A stretch of DNA of 51,846 bases from a virus (lineage: Duplodnaviria; Caudoviricetes): the IMG/VR virus record IMGVR_UViG_3300017963_000334, positions 1-51,846 of that record. One strand, written 5' to 3'. A model generated the notes under the pieces. It searched no databases and had not been told where the DNA came from. It saw only the letters and a program-made list of their open reading frames with translations. Position 1 is the stretch's first letter. The number at the start of each line of letters is the position of its first letter. Position numbers and translations under genes: made by a program. Below, one piece after another: positions 36,954 to 46,300 of this stretch.

Positions 36954-37309
36954 TCAGATTTTCCTACTATATTGACGGGGGCATCGTAAGCCTCAGTAAG
37001 AGCCGCCTGGAGCACATGGCATCCGAACTGAATCTCCTCAGCCCTGACTCGAATGTTTTGCAATACTACCTTCGCTTCCTCGACTGCCTGCTGATAAACC
37101 ATAATCTTCTCCAGGTACCCTATTTCGACTGATTTTGAGGATGCCAGTTGCGCATGTAAGATTGGAAGGAGCGATCGTAAATCAGCTACTTCATTACGGC
37201 TACTACTTAGTTCGTAATGCAATTGCTTCAATTCCTGCCGTAGGAATTTCCGGGCTAGCTGACGCAGAAATTGAGACACGTAGCGGCGCGACTTAGTTAG
37301 AATATTCAT
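36950..37309 (-). CDS. Coiled-coil hypothetical protein
   Basis: Start MNILTK; the longer track ORF is only an overlap extension. Confidence 0.5.
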   Translation of the reverse strand: MNILTKSRRYVSQFLRQLARKFLRQELKQLHYELSSSRNEVADLRSLLPILHAQLASSKSVEIGYLEKIMVYQQAVEEAKVVLQNIRVRAEEIQFGCHVLQAALTEAYDAPVNIVGKSE

Positions 37310-37352
37310 TCCGGTACCCTGAGTGTGATTTATGGCTATATCGCTTAGCCGC

Positions 37353-37396
37353 AAAGAAGAAGACAGAGCGGCGCCTGCCCCGACGCGCCGCCCTGC
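37353..37396 (-). terminator. Rho-independent terminator after DUF669 gene
   Basis: Minus strand cagggcggcgc...gcgccgctctg followed by tcttcttcttt. Confidence 0.65.
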
Positions 37397-37406
37397 CGTG
37401 TGAGAG

Positions 37407-37937
37407 CTACGCCGCCGACTTGGGTCGATCCCAGGGGGCGACGTACGGCTGCCCAGCAGCCGATTGCGCAGGCTGTTGCTGAGCAGGCTGTTGCGCTGGA
37501 GCTTCCTGCGCAGGCTGTTGCTGCGCAGGCTGTTGCTGAGCCCCCTTGGGAGCCGAGTAAGTCCGCACGACATTCTGCCCTTCCTTGACTTTGACGCGCG
37601 CGACAACCTGCTTCTGAAGCAATTCGTCGGTGTCCTCAACCTTGCCAGCCCTCGCAGCCTGGCAGAGCGCGGAAAACTCCCTGCGACCAATCGCTTCCGC
37701 CTGCGTCGATTGGTTCGCGATGTTGATATTATGCCAAAGTTTCTGGTTGCCGAATTCGCCGCCGAGTACGACGAGTTGAACTGCCAGATAATACCCCGTA
37801 CCTGCTCTGGTCTGTTTCAGTTCTATTTTCTCGACTTCGCAGGGGTAATCCCCAGGCGGGAGTACCGGAAAATCCTTGGCCGGCTCATGCGCTGCCGGAT
37901 CAAAACCTTCCCCGAAAATGCCCCTCAAATCTGCCAT
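37407..37937 (-). CDS. DUF669-like ssDNA-binding protein
   Basis: F.VLPPGDY...E.KQTRAGTGYYL; AQQQP low-complexity tail ending APW; follows the AAA ATPase. Confidence 0.85.
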   Translation of the reverse strand: MADLRGIFGEGFDPAAHEPAKDFPVLPPGDYPCEVEKIELKQTRAGTGYYLAVQLVVLGGEFGNQKLWHNINIANQSTQAEAIGRREFSALCQAARAGKVEDTDELLQKQVVARVKVKEGQNVVRTYSAPKGAQQQPAQQQPAQEAPAQQPAQQQPAQSAAGQPYVAPWDRPKSAA

Positions 37938-37959
37938 TTACCTCTTCTCCTCTCTTCTG

Positions 37960-38742
37960 TTAGGAACTCATTGCCTGACTTACAGCACCCATAAACGCTT
38001 CCCATGACAGCGGTAGCTCGTAGGGCAAACGCCCGTATACGCCTCGGCCACCACCTGGATGAGCTGGACGCTTTTGCGTGAAAAGGAATCGCTGCCCCCC
38101 GGAAATATCCATACCGAGATGCTTCTCCTGGCCAAAACCGATATCCTCCTTTTTGACTACGACTTTCGTGTTACAAAATAGAATGCAATCCGCCCAGCGA
38201 TACAAGAGATTCGCCGCCCTCGCATCGAGGTCAAATTGGTACTGATCGTAAGAAGGCCCAGCCGGGTCGTCGAATCGCTTGACCTTGACATGGCCGATGA
38301 CAATCGAAGCCATGTTTCGCTCAGCCCGTAACGAATCAAGCCCCGTTAGGACTGTGCGCCACCAAGTCAATGCTTCCGTATATCCCTTCGCGTAGCCGCC
38401 ACCGACCTTTTCAATCGACGAGGCATTGCCATTCTCCTGACAGGTTTTCTGCCACACGAGTGATTCAAAAGCAGAAGCGCTATCCAAGACGAATGTAGCG
38501 TAGTCATGCTCCTGAGTGTATAGAGACACGATAACATCGAGGGTGTCTTGGTACTGTTGGGCCGGAGGAAATTTCGGAACCGTGAATTCGTCAATCCCCT
38601 CTTCGCCGCGCACCGGAAGGATAACGGGACGATTCGACGAAGCCGCGAAAGTGCTCTTACCAATCTTCTCGACACCCAGTAAGAGTATTCGCGGTGGGCG
38701 CGTAATTGCATCAGTGCGAAGTGACGAAAGATCAAATGCCAT
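37960..38742 (-). CDS. AAA_24 / Sak4-like recombination ATPase
   Basis: GVEKIGKSTFA, FVLDS, GGGYAKGY, IVIGH, WADCILF. Confidence 0.88.
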   Translation of the reverse strand: MAFDLSSLRTDAITRPPRILLLGVEKIGKSTFAASSNRPVILPVRGEEGIDEFTVPKFPPAQQYQDTLDVIVSLYTQEHDYATFVLDSASAFESLVWQKTCQENGNASSIEKVGGGYAKGYTEALTWWRTVLTGLDSLRAERNMASIVIGHVKVKRFDDPAGPSYDQYQFDLDARAANLLYRWADCILFCNTKVVVKKEDIGFGQEKHLGMDISGGQRFLFTQKRPAHPGGGRGVYGRLPYELPLSWEAFMGAVSQAMSS

Positions 38743-38950
38743 CGTTTCCCTCTCGGATTTCGATACGAAAAAATTCCTCGTCTGCGTTGTCGGAAATCAT
38801 GGTTGCCACAATGTCCGCAAGCAACGCCTCAAACGATTCGCCTGGACCGCCTTCACCACGTTCCTCAGGCCACCCCGGGAAGGTAATCTCCTCGACCGTA
38901 CCGAGGTCGGCCTCGCCCGTCTCGGTCACTAGAAAGACATGCGGTCTCAT
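38732..38950 (-). CDS. Small acidic hypothetical protein
   Basis: Coupled to both neighbours. Confidence 0.55.
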   Translation of the reverse strand: MRPHVFLVTETGEADLGTVEEITFPGWPEERGEGGPGESFEALLADIVATMISDNADEEFFRIEIREGNDGI

Positions 38951-39195
38951 TCCTCCTCTCCTGTATCTGTGTAATACGGCTCCCCGGTAATCGCCGAAGC
39001 GAGATTATCGAACGATTGGGCGAGAGTCTTCAGGGACCGATAGAAATCTTGTCGAGTTGCCTGAAGCGCCTCCAGGAAGCTCTCTCGTTCTTGCGGCAAT
39101 GCGCGAGTCAGAAGATACCAGAGGGCCCAGCCGAGAATCGCCAAGGCTCCTCCTTGGATTGCGAGAGCTTCGACGATTGAGGCTGCAATTAGCAT
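38947..39195 (-). CDS. Holin-like protein (single TM plus amphipathic/coiled-coil tail)
   Basis: QGGALAILGWALWYLL then ERESFLEAL...; architecture like BhlA/UviB-type holins. Confidence 0.5.
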   Translation of the reverse strand: MLIAASIVEALAIQGGALAILGWALWYLLTRALPQERESFLEALQATRQDFYRSLKTLAQSFDNLASAITGEPYYTDTGEEE

Positions 39196-39196
39196 G

Positions 39197-39550
39197 TTAC
39201 TTTCTCCGTGCCAGACAGAGGGCATGCCGAAAGTTGTATGCGCGACTCCAGCCCCCAAGCGGGGTAATTACGACATAGCAAGGCACCCTATCAATGCGGT
39301 AATGATCTACCAAATCTGGCACATCGTCGACATTGTAAGTACGTATGTATCCGCCTTCGCGCTTGTACGCCTTGACTAATTCGGTCTCGCATTTGCACAT
39401 CTTGCACCAAGGTGCAGAGAAATACAGAATCCGATAAGTCGGCCTCGGTCGTTGGCATCCCAGTAAGATTGAGCACACTAGCGCCAACATGCCCGCGGCA
39501 ATAATGAGACAGATGAGATGTTCAGTCACAGTCACGGAGACGCGCTTCAT
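39197..39550 (-). CDS. Lipoprotein thioredoxin
   Basis: Hydrophobic signal ending LLGC (lipobox); YFSAPWCKMCK; YNVDD.PDLV..YRIDRVP. Confidence 0.85.
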   Translation of the reverse strand: MKRVSVTVTEHLICLIIAAGMLALVCSILLGCQRPRPTYRILYFSAPWCKMCKCETELVKAYKREGGYIRTYNVDDVPDLVDHYRIDRVPCYVVITPLGGWSRAYNFRHALCLARRK

Positions 39551-39567
39551 AATTTTCTCCTCCGCCA

Positions 39568-39606
39568 ACCCTGGGCTCGCGCACTCGTCCGGCGCGAGCC
39601 CAGGGT
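39568..39606. promoter_or_regulatory. Perfect 15-bp inverted repeat upstream of the thioredoxin RBS
   Basis: accctgggctcgcgc-9nt-gcgcgagcccagggt; no U-tract. Confidence 0.7.
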
Positions 39607-39624
39607 ACCAGCTCCCCCCTCGCC

Positions 39625-40008
39625 CTATTCCTCGTCAGCCTCAACCTCTGCGAGTCTCGCCGCAACATAGGCTCGCCCCTCGTCGGTCCTCAGCTTGGCA
39701 TTGAGCACACTGGCAAAGACTTTCTCAAACTCGTCCAGGACGGCCCGCTCGCCAGCGAGGAACAACTTCGTCACTTCGACAACATGCTCCCCCATGCCGC
39801 TATAATCGCCGACCGAATAGTCGATCAGTAGATCAGGGATGCGCACGAGTCCATACTGCGAAAGCACCCCTGCCAGTTTGGCGGCAGCGCGGCGCCGGTC
39901 CTCGACACGAGTGTCGAACTGGAAACCTCGTTTAAACAGCTGGCGACCGAGCCAAACGCCGACGGCAGTGACGATCACAGCCAACAAGACAGTAGACAGC
40001 AAAGACAT
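39625..40008 (-). CDS. N-terminally anchored membrane protein
   Basis: LLSTVLLAVIVTAVGVWLG then a helical soluble domain; GGAGG RBS. Confidence 0.75.
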   Translation of the reverse strand: MSLLSTVLLAVIVTAVGVWLGRQLFKRGFQFDTRVEDRRRAAAKLAGVLSQYGLVRIPDLLIDYSVGDYSGMGEHVVEVTKLFLAGERAVLDEFEKVFASVLNAKLRTDEGRAYVAARLAEVEADEE

Positions 40009-40034
40009 ACTTTTTCCTCCAATTCGGATTCGGA

Positions 40035-40652
40035 TTACTCTTGATACATTTCAACGGCCTGCCAGACTGCGCCCCCAACCAAGCCAGCCAGGCCGGCTCC
40101 AAGGATCATAAGCACTTCCCTCCATGGGAAAAGCGGCACCTGCGGCGGCGCAGGAACTGCCACTAATTCCTCTAATTCCTCCTCTAATTCCTCCTCTGGT
40201 TCCTGCTCTTGCTGCTGCTGCTGATTGAGCGGACAGCATCTCTGGCGAAATTGCTGAAACCTTTGTCGCCACGGCAATTGCCCCGCCAGAATAGATCGGC
40301 GGAGCGTGCGGTCCAATGCCTGAGCTGAGCCAGGCAAGTATTCCGCGGCAGCTTCGTAAATCACGACGCCATCCGGTTGCTGTACGCGCACCGTTGGGAG
40401 CCCGTTGATATTCGGAGCGTATCGTTCGCGATAGATCGCAGTCCCCGCCTTGATCTTGTGATAGCGCACTTGCCGCGCTAATTCGCTATTTTCAAACCAG
40501 GCTGTCAATTGCTGGAATTGCACATCCGATTTCTCGCCGACAATCGAGATGTGCAATCGCGTATCTTCCGGCTCAGCAGATTGGCACGCACCGCACATGA
40601 TGACTCCAAGCGCGAGTGCCGCCAGGATCATCACCCCACATCGTCTCCGCAT
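40035..40652 (-). CDS. Exported protein with signal peptide and C-terminal TM anchor
   Basis: MRRRCGVMILAALALGVIMCGAC; INGLPTVRVQQPDG (resembles a thioredoxin cis-Pro loop); RCCP; Q/E/P linker; C-terminal TM. Confidence 0.75.
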   Translation of the reverse strand: MRRRCGVMILAALALGVIMCGACQSAEPEDTRLHISIVGEKSDVQFQQLTAWFENSELARQVRYHKIKAGTAIYRERYAPNINGLPTVRVQQPDGVVIYEAAAEYLPGSAQALDRTLRRSILAGQLPWRQRFQQFRQRCCPLNQQQQQEQEPEEELEEELEELVAVPAPPQVPLFPWREVLMILGAGLAGLVGGAVWQAVEMYQE

Positions 40653-40663
40653 CTCAACCTCCG

Positions 40664-41224
40664 CTAAGGTAATGGTGAGGCGGGATTGTACAGCGGGACG
40701 AACGCCCAGCCGCCAGATTTCTTCCAATCCCGCAAAAAGACTTGCCTCGGAATCCGCTTGTATTTCTTCGGTGAATTCGTATCCAATAGATAGACCGCCT
40801 CCGCAGACATATGCACAAGGCATACGGCATGAGCGCCGCCATGGATAACCACGACGGCTCCGTATCTTTCCCGGCAAGCCCACTCCAGGAACTCTACCGA
40901 GCCGTCCGACTCTACTTGGTGCCGCACCCCCGCCGCGGCAAGGCGCGCCGAAAACCCGCTTGGCACTTCGCCGCCACCACGAGTTTGCCGTAGCCGATTA
41001 GCCAAGGTATATTGTTCCTGCCACCGCAAGAGTGCAATCGTTGACGCCCACATGCACGATCCGTTCTCTTGCCGCCCCTGCGACCAATTACGTGGCCGTA
41101 ATGCCAGTGGCGGATTGACGATTGGTACCTCGGGCGGGTACAGCTTGGCGTAGCTGTTTACAGCCCAGTCCAGGGACATGAACACCAAACAGGCGCAGGC
41201 TACGAAGGCGAGTGTTTTTTTCAT
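40664..41224 (-). CDS. Secreted papain-fold (C39-like) cysteine peptidase
   Basis: Signal peptide MKKTLAFVACACLVF; GSCMWAS (Cys), AHAVCLV (His), LLDTN. Confidence 0.7.
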   Translation of the reverse strand: MKKTLAFVACACLVFMSLDWAVNSYAKLYPPEVPIVNPPLALRPRNWSQGRQENGSCMWASTIALLRWQEQYTLANRLRQTRGGGEVPSGFSARLAAAGVRHQVESDGSVEFLEWACRERYGAVVVIHGGAHAVCLVHMSAEAVYLLDTNSPKKYKRIPRQVFLRDWKKSGGWAFVPLYNPASPLP

Positions 41225-41484
41225 TTGGCTTCCCTGCGGACTAGGATTCTAATTCCTGTTTCGGCATCCATTTCCCATACGGGAATCCCCTGAAAGAACA
41301 TCGCAGGCCCCCGGGGCTTTGACATCTCATCGGGAAAAAGAGTAGCCAGGACATGTTCGTGCTGATCGCGTGCAATTGCATACTCTAATTCGCCTAAGGT
41401 AATACCAACGCAATCAGGCTTCTCTTGCACTAATTGCTTGAGCTTCTTTCGCAGGTAGTGCCAGGCATGAGCGGATATTCTCAC
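41221..41484 (-). CDS. Hypothetical protein
   Basis: 87 aa, 4-nt overlaps on both sides. Confidence 0.55.
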   Translation of the reverse strand: MRISAHAWHYLRKKLKQLVQEKPDCVGITLGELEYAIARDQHEHVLATLFPDEMSKPRGPAMFFQGIPVWEMDAETGIRILVRREAK

Positions 41485-42131
41485 TTGAATCTCCTCGGTT
41501 CCAGAAGTACCCCATCGCGGCGCTCCCTGCGTACAAGTAAGTTCGGACTCCAGCGACTTGCACTGCTACCGTTCAGGAGGCCGATGTGCTTTTGGGCGGC
41601 ATGAACATACTCAGAACAGAAGAAGCTTGTAAGATCCTCCGGCCGAAAGAGTGATTCGAGCCATGAGAATCCAATGCCACCAGCGCGAAAGGCACCAATG
41701 GCGTCGTAGTTCGTGCCGAGATGTCCCAGCAGGTAATGAAACAGCCGCTCTGATTCCAGCAGACGCAACTCGCGATACAGTGGATAGTGCCACACCTTCC
41801 CTTTGTATTCAGCAATCCGATCAGCCGGCTTGTGTCCTTGCACGCCTTTCGTAATCTCATCCCGGAAATAGCATTCCAGGGAACATGACATCGTGGATTC
41901 AAACAGAACAAGCGTACCCGCCCTAGGGGGGCACAAATAGAAACCCCCGGGGAGGCCGTCCGGCCAAAGTGGATACCTGGGGACCTCAGCCACGATTCCA
42001 ACATGACTGAGGCTCCACCATGGCAGTCCGTAGGTGGCCATGTTAATTCCTGCACTCCACCAGGAATCCCCCGAGAAGCCAAGAACGTCACCAGCCTTGA
42101 GATCACGAAGGTAAGCAATACTGCTCCACAT
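41481..42131 (-). CDS. Permuted NlpC/P60 papain-like amidase (YiiX/YaeF, C92-like)
   Basis: LKAGDVL, SHVGIV (His), FES, GTNYD, FFCSEYV (Cys), SP. Confidence 0.85.
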   Translation of the reverse strand: MWSSIAYLRDLKAGDVLGFSGDSWWSAGINMATYGLPWWSLSHVGIVAEVPRYPLWPDGLPGGFYLCPPRAGTLVLFESTMSCSLECYFRDEITKGVQGHKPADRIAEYKGKVWHYPLYRELRLLESERLFHYLLGHLGTNYDAIGAFRAGGIGFSWLESLFRPEDLTSFFCSEYVHAAQKHIGLLNGSSASRWSPNLLVRRERRDGVLLEPRRFK

Positions 42132-42134
42132 AGT

Positions 42135-43100
42135 TCACTTCTCGACGTGAATGGAATGAAACAAGTCCGCCTCTTTCCCCCTGAAAGGCCACGGAAGCCA
42201 TGACTCGCCGGCTGGTGCAGTCGTGTCTTCGTCAGAAGCCTTAGGCATGGTGGGATTGAATTCCAGCGGCAAGTTAACCTCAATTTCGCTCGCCGGACGT
42301 TCCGCATTCGGATCGAAAATCCAACGCGCATCAATCTCATCCGCCCATTGCAGGATACTCCGGATCGGCACCATCCAATGAAAGCTATCTGCTCCGCGTG
42401 CGCCAAGAGTGAGCACCCCAACAAGCCGCCCATCCTCCTGGAGAGCGATCAAACCGCCGGAAGAACCACCCATGGCGGGGCAAGTAATTTGATCGTAAAC
42501 GCCGTGCTCGCTGCCGCCGAAATGCGGAATCCTGGCACCGACGCGGGAAACGATACCGCTCGTTAATGAGCAAGTGCCGCCAAGATCCTTGCCGCCAGGC
42601 GCGCCGCAATGAAAGAGAGCAGTCCCCGGGCGGGGGAAAGACTCTCCGAGGTAGAAGGTTGCGCCGTCAGAAAACTCGCCGTCAATTCGCACACGCAGTA
42701 GCGCTACATCCCGCGTAGCATTGACGCTCATCACTTTGGCATCATACCTACGCTCACCAACTACACGCCCATCAACCATGCGCTCCTGTACGATTTCCGC
42801 GTCTCGGTAAGTTACCAACTTGCGCGTGCTCCCCTTGCCATTGATCACATCTTCCACCTGCCGCAGATTACTCACGACATGCTCCGCCGTGAGGACCCAA
42901 GTAGTCATCTGCTCGCCAATCGGTACGAGAACGATCGTGCCCGACCCTTGCACGGAACTGTACCCGCCAGATGAGCAATAGATATTGACGCTGATCGCTT
43001 GGAGATCGGCCCCAACGCTCGTCGGCTCATCAGCCGCCATCAATGTGCCACAACTCAAGCAGAATAGTACGGTCAGCAACCACCCCAAGCCTCGACTCAT
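42135..43100 (-). CDS. Secreted trypsin-like (S1) serine protease
   Basis: Signal peptide; GSGT, VLTAEHVV (His), DVALL (Asp), GGSSGG (Ser); GAGGAG RBS before MSRGLG. Confidence 0.9.
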   Translation of the reverse strand: MSRGLGWLLTVLFCLSCGTLMAADEPTSVGADLQAISVNIYCSSGGYSSVQGSGTIVLVPIGEQMTTWVLTAEHVVSNLRQVEDVINGKGSTRKLVTYRDAEIVQERMVDGRVVGERRYDAKVMSVNATRDVALLRVRIDGEFSDGATFYLGESFPRPGTALFHCGAPGGKDLGGTCSLTSGIVSRVGARIPHFGGSEHGVYDQITCPAMGGSSGGLIALQEDGRLVGVLTLGARGADSFHWMVPIRSILQWADEIDARWIFDPNAERPASEIEVNLPLEFNPTMPKASDEDTTAPAGESWLPWPFRGKEADLFHSIHVEK

Positions 43101-43230
43101 CTTCTTTCTCCTCTGGTTCCAGTAACGCAAATGACTTACATCTACCATCCTGATTCGTAACAAAACAGATACAAGCGATGTAGGGCAGTTTTATCGGAAT
43201 ACTTTACCCCGCTCCCTGGTAGGACCCGCA

Positions 43231-43330
43231 TCTGGTCCGTTCTTGTCCGCTCTCGTCCGTTCTCGTCCGAAATATTCTTTCCAGTCCGATGGGGTCCGGT
43301 ATGGTCCGATGGCGTCCGATGGCGTCCGAT
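43231..43330. repeat. Two helically phased 10-bp tandem arrays with GTCCG core
   Basis: GTCCG at 43235, 43245, 43255, 43265 and at 43284, 43294, 43304, 43314, 43324. Confidence 0.9.
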
Positions 43331-43335
43331 ATGGT

Positions 43336-46300
43336 TTAGTCCTGCGGGGGCGCATTCTCAGAAGCAACCCACCAAAGGAAGAGACGATCCCGTAATTCGC
43401 CTGCGTAATCACGCACAATCTGCAATTCCTTGCGCTGCTCCGCCGTCAAATACTCGTGCTCGAACTCATACTCATCTCGGTCACTTAGCCGGCTAGCAAT
43501 CGGGTCGAGCCGCTTTAGGAATGCCTTAAACTTCCTCACTCCTTTTATGCCGGGATGCTTCTGTTGGAATGCGTCTTTCCATTCCACGAAAGCATCGTAA
43601 TCTTCCGCCATGGCAGCATCACGCGCCTGCTTGTACTGCGATACCGGGTAGACCCCGCCTTCCTCTGTGCCTTTCGATTTCAGGAATCTCGCACGGGCAT
43701 TGTAGATTTCGGAATAGGCAGACTGCCGCGGATCGACAACTCCCACGAACCAGCGTTGCCAGAAATGCGGCCGGGCCCGGTGTCCTTCGCCGACGATATT
43801 CCCCTTCATCCATTTGTAAATGTCGCCATAGCCGATTATGTTAGCAATCGCCACGTCGCGCTCAACGGCCCGCGGCTGAAATGGATTAGGAAAGAGCGAC
43901 TGTCCAGTGATGCCCTCGAAGAGGCCCTTCACATCAGGCCGCAAAAGGCCAATCATCTTTTCCATTGGGGCTAAGGCAACTTCTTTCGCTACATCTACAA
44001 CACCAGCCTGCCCCGCTCGCCATTCGTCCCACATGGACAGCGCTTCGTTTACGCCAAACCACTCCAAGAAATCCCCAAGGGCTCCGACATTCCGAAAGAC
44101 CCGAACGGTACCATCCGAGTTGGGGCCAAGGAGAATATGAGGATTTGCCTGATCGTATTCACCTAGACCGTCTTCGTCATCACGACCGAATAGCATTGGA
44201 TAAATCAGGTTATTCCAAGTCCACCAGGCCGCATACAGCCCGCCGATGCGCATCATGGCAGTAGCCGCCAGTACAGCCCCCATCCTGCGACCTTCACCAG
44301 CCTGGAATGCGTTGATTACCAATCGCGGGTATCGCTTGAGATTGATTTCCTGGAAAGCCCAGAAGGGAAAGAGATTCCTTCGTATGTATTCACCGGCTGC
44401 GGTCATATTGCCATAATCTCCAAGGAGATCACGACTCAATCTGGCCGCTGCCACTTCCGGGCCCATTTCCCTGGCGAGCACGCGCACCGCATTGCGATTG
44501 GAGGCGCCGTAATGTGTTACTTCACCTTTCTTGACCTGTTCCAAATAAGTCAAGAAGGCAGCATATCGAAGGAGATTTTCGCGCATCTCAACATGGGGGC
44601 GAACCAGTTCCATGTATAGTCGTGCTGGATTTCTCAGTAGCGCTCGCTGCTCAACTGGTTTTAGTCGCCGAAACACCTGCATTTCGGGGGTTTCAGCGAC
44701 TTCAGCCGTAAAGAAGCCAGCCGATACAACACCAAGATCGCGAGCTAAGCGCAATTCAGGCGACAACTCCAAACGATCGTGATGGTATTTCCATAACTCC
44801 TGCGTTGCCCTTGGCATTGCCCTGAGAATATAAGGGTTCGCCGCCAAAACCGGGTCCATATCGCCTGTGAAATTACGCACATTGTAAGGCACAATCCGCG
44901 CTGGATTCAGAAGTACAAACGCCTTCCAGCCGTTCATCGCACGACGATGTAGCTGCTTAATCCAATGAGCCTGATCGGTGACCTTCACGGCATCCAACTG
45001 ATCGGCTAACTCGACCGGAATCACAATGCGCTTATGCGGCCCCCCCAGGGCGGCTACCTGACGAACCTCTTCAGCCGTTAGATTCGCCGCCTCAATCGCA
45101 CCCTCTTGCAATGCTACGCCGATCTTCTCCGGAATCGTGAAGGCACGATAGAAAACATTACCAGGCTGGGGCTGCCAGAATGTGAGATCAGGATCGCGGG
45201 CGACGGCTTCCTCAAGAGTTAACTCCTGTTCCGCGGCCCTCTCTCGCATCTCTTCCGTATGGTCATATCGCTGCGTCAAATCTCGAAGCAACTCATCCTT
45301 GCGCAGTTCTGCCAGAGCATCAGCAAGCCATTCCGTTTCCGAAATCACATAATTCGTGCTATAGTCGAACTCCTCGGGTAGCGCATCCCCCTCGACGCGC
45401 CGTCGCTGAAACCCCCTCTTCTGGCGTCTGGCGGCGCTCACCTTACCAGCCTGCCGCTTAGCTTCCTGCACGACGCGAACATGCTGATGGAAATACGCCT
45501 CGGGATTGTCGAGTACGCGCTCAGGCAAAAAGCCGCGCTCAACTAATTGCATCACCGTTTCTCGAACGATCTTTCCACGAGCTTCCAGGGCCCTTTTGAC
45601 GGTGGGGGTGGCCTCAACTTGGGCTTCGATTTTAGACCTATACTCTTCGGCCTGCTGTTGACTCTCGAAGCCGAATCGCAACGGTTGCCCCTCCTCCAGC
45701 GCAGCGAGTTGATTCCTTATTACTAAGGCCCGCTCGAACAATTCTGTCTGCATCGGACCAAGCGGATCAACCACTGATGCCACTGTACGCACAGCCTCAT
45801 CAACTGCGGCCGTTGGCACAACCTTCAAGAGTCGAAAGAACTCCTGCGCCGGTATGAAATCATCAGTCGGAGGGAGATGCACTTGGGGGCGAGTAGCATA
45901 CTTCCAAGCAGTCTGCACCCCGCCGGATACTCGTTTCATAAATCCCATTCGCCCCGGAGTTCGGGCAGCGTTTAAACGCCTCTCCACTTCCGGGTCCTCA
46001 ACCCGGGCCACCTCTTCATCCTCGCCAATCACGTCAGGCCGCTCGCGCTCACCCAATCGCTCGCCAATCGCCTGGGCTCCCGTCTCCTCGGCCAATATCC
46101 CGGCCGTCTCAGGCCGTGCCTCCTCGGCGGCCCGTTGCGCTTCCAGGCGGGCGGACAACTCCGCAGAAGGCAGCTCACCCCAGCTTGACGGTTCTGCCTG
46201 AAGCTCCCCAGCCGCTTCATAGGCCGTCTCTGCGACCGACGGCTCCTGAGCCATTTCGGCTGCAATCGCCTCTTCCTGGGCCGCCTGCGGCGTCTCACTG

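Noticed and set aside
43231-43330. Repeat array as a mini-CRISPR or a coding ORF (43191-43418)
   Set aside because: The units are 10 bp with no spacers; the ORF overlaps the upstream gene end and merely translates the repeat.
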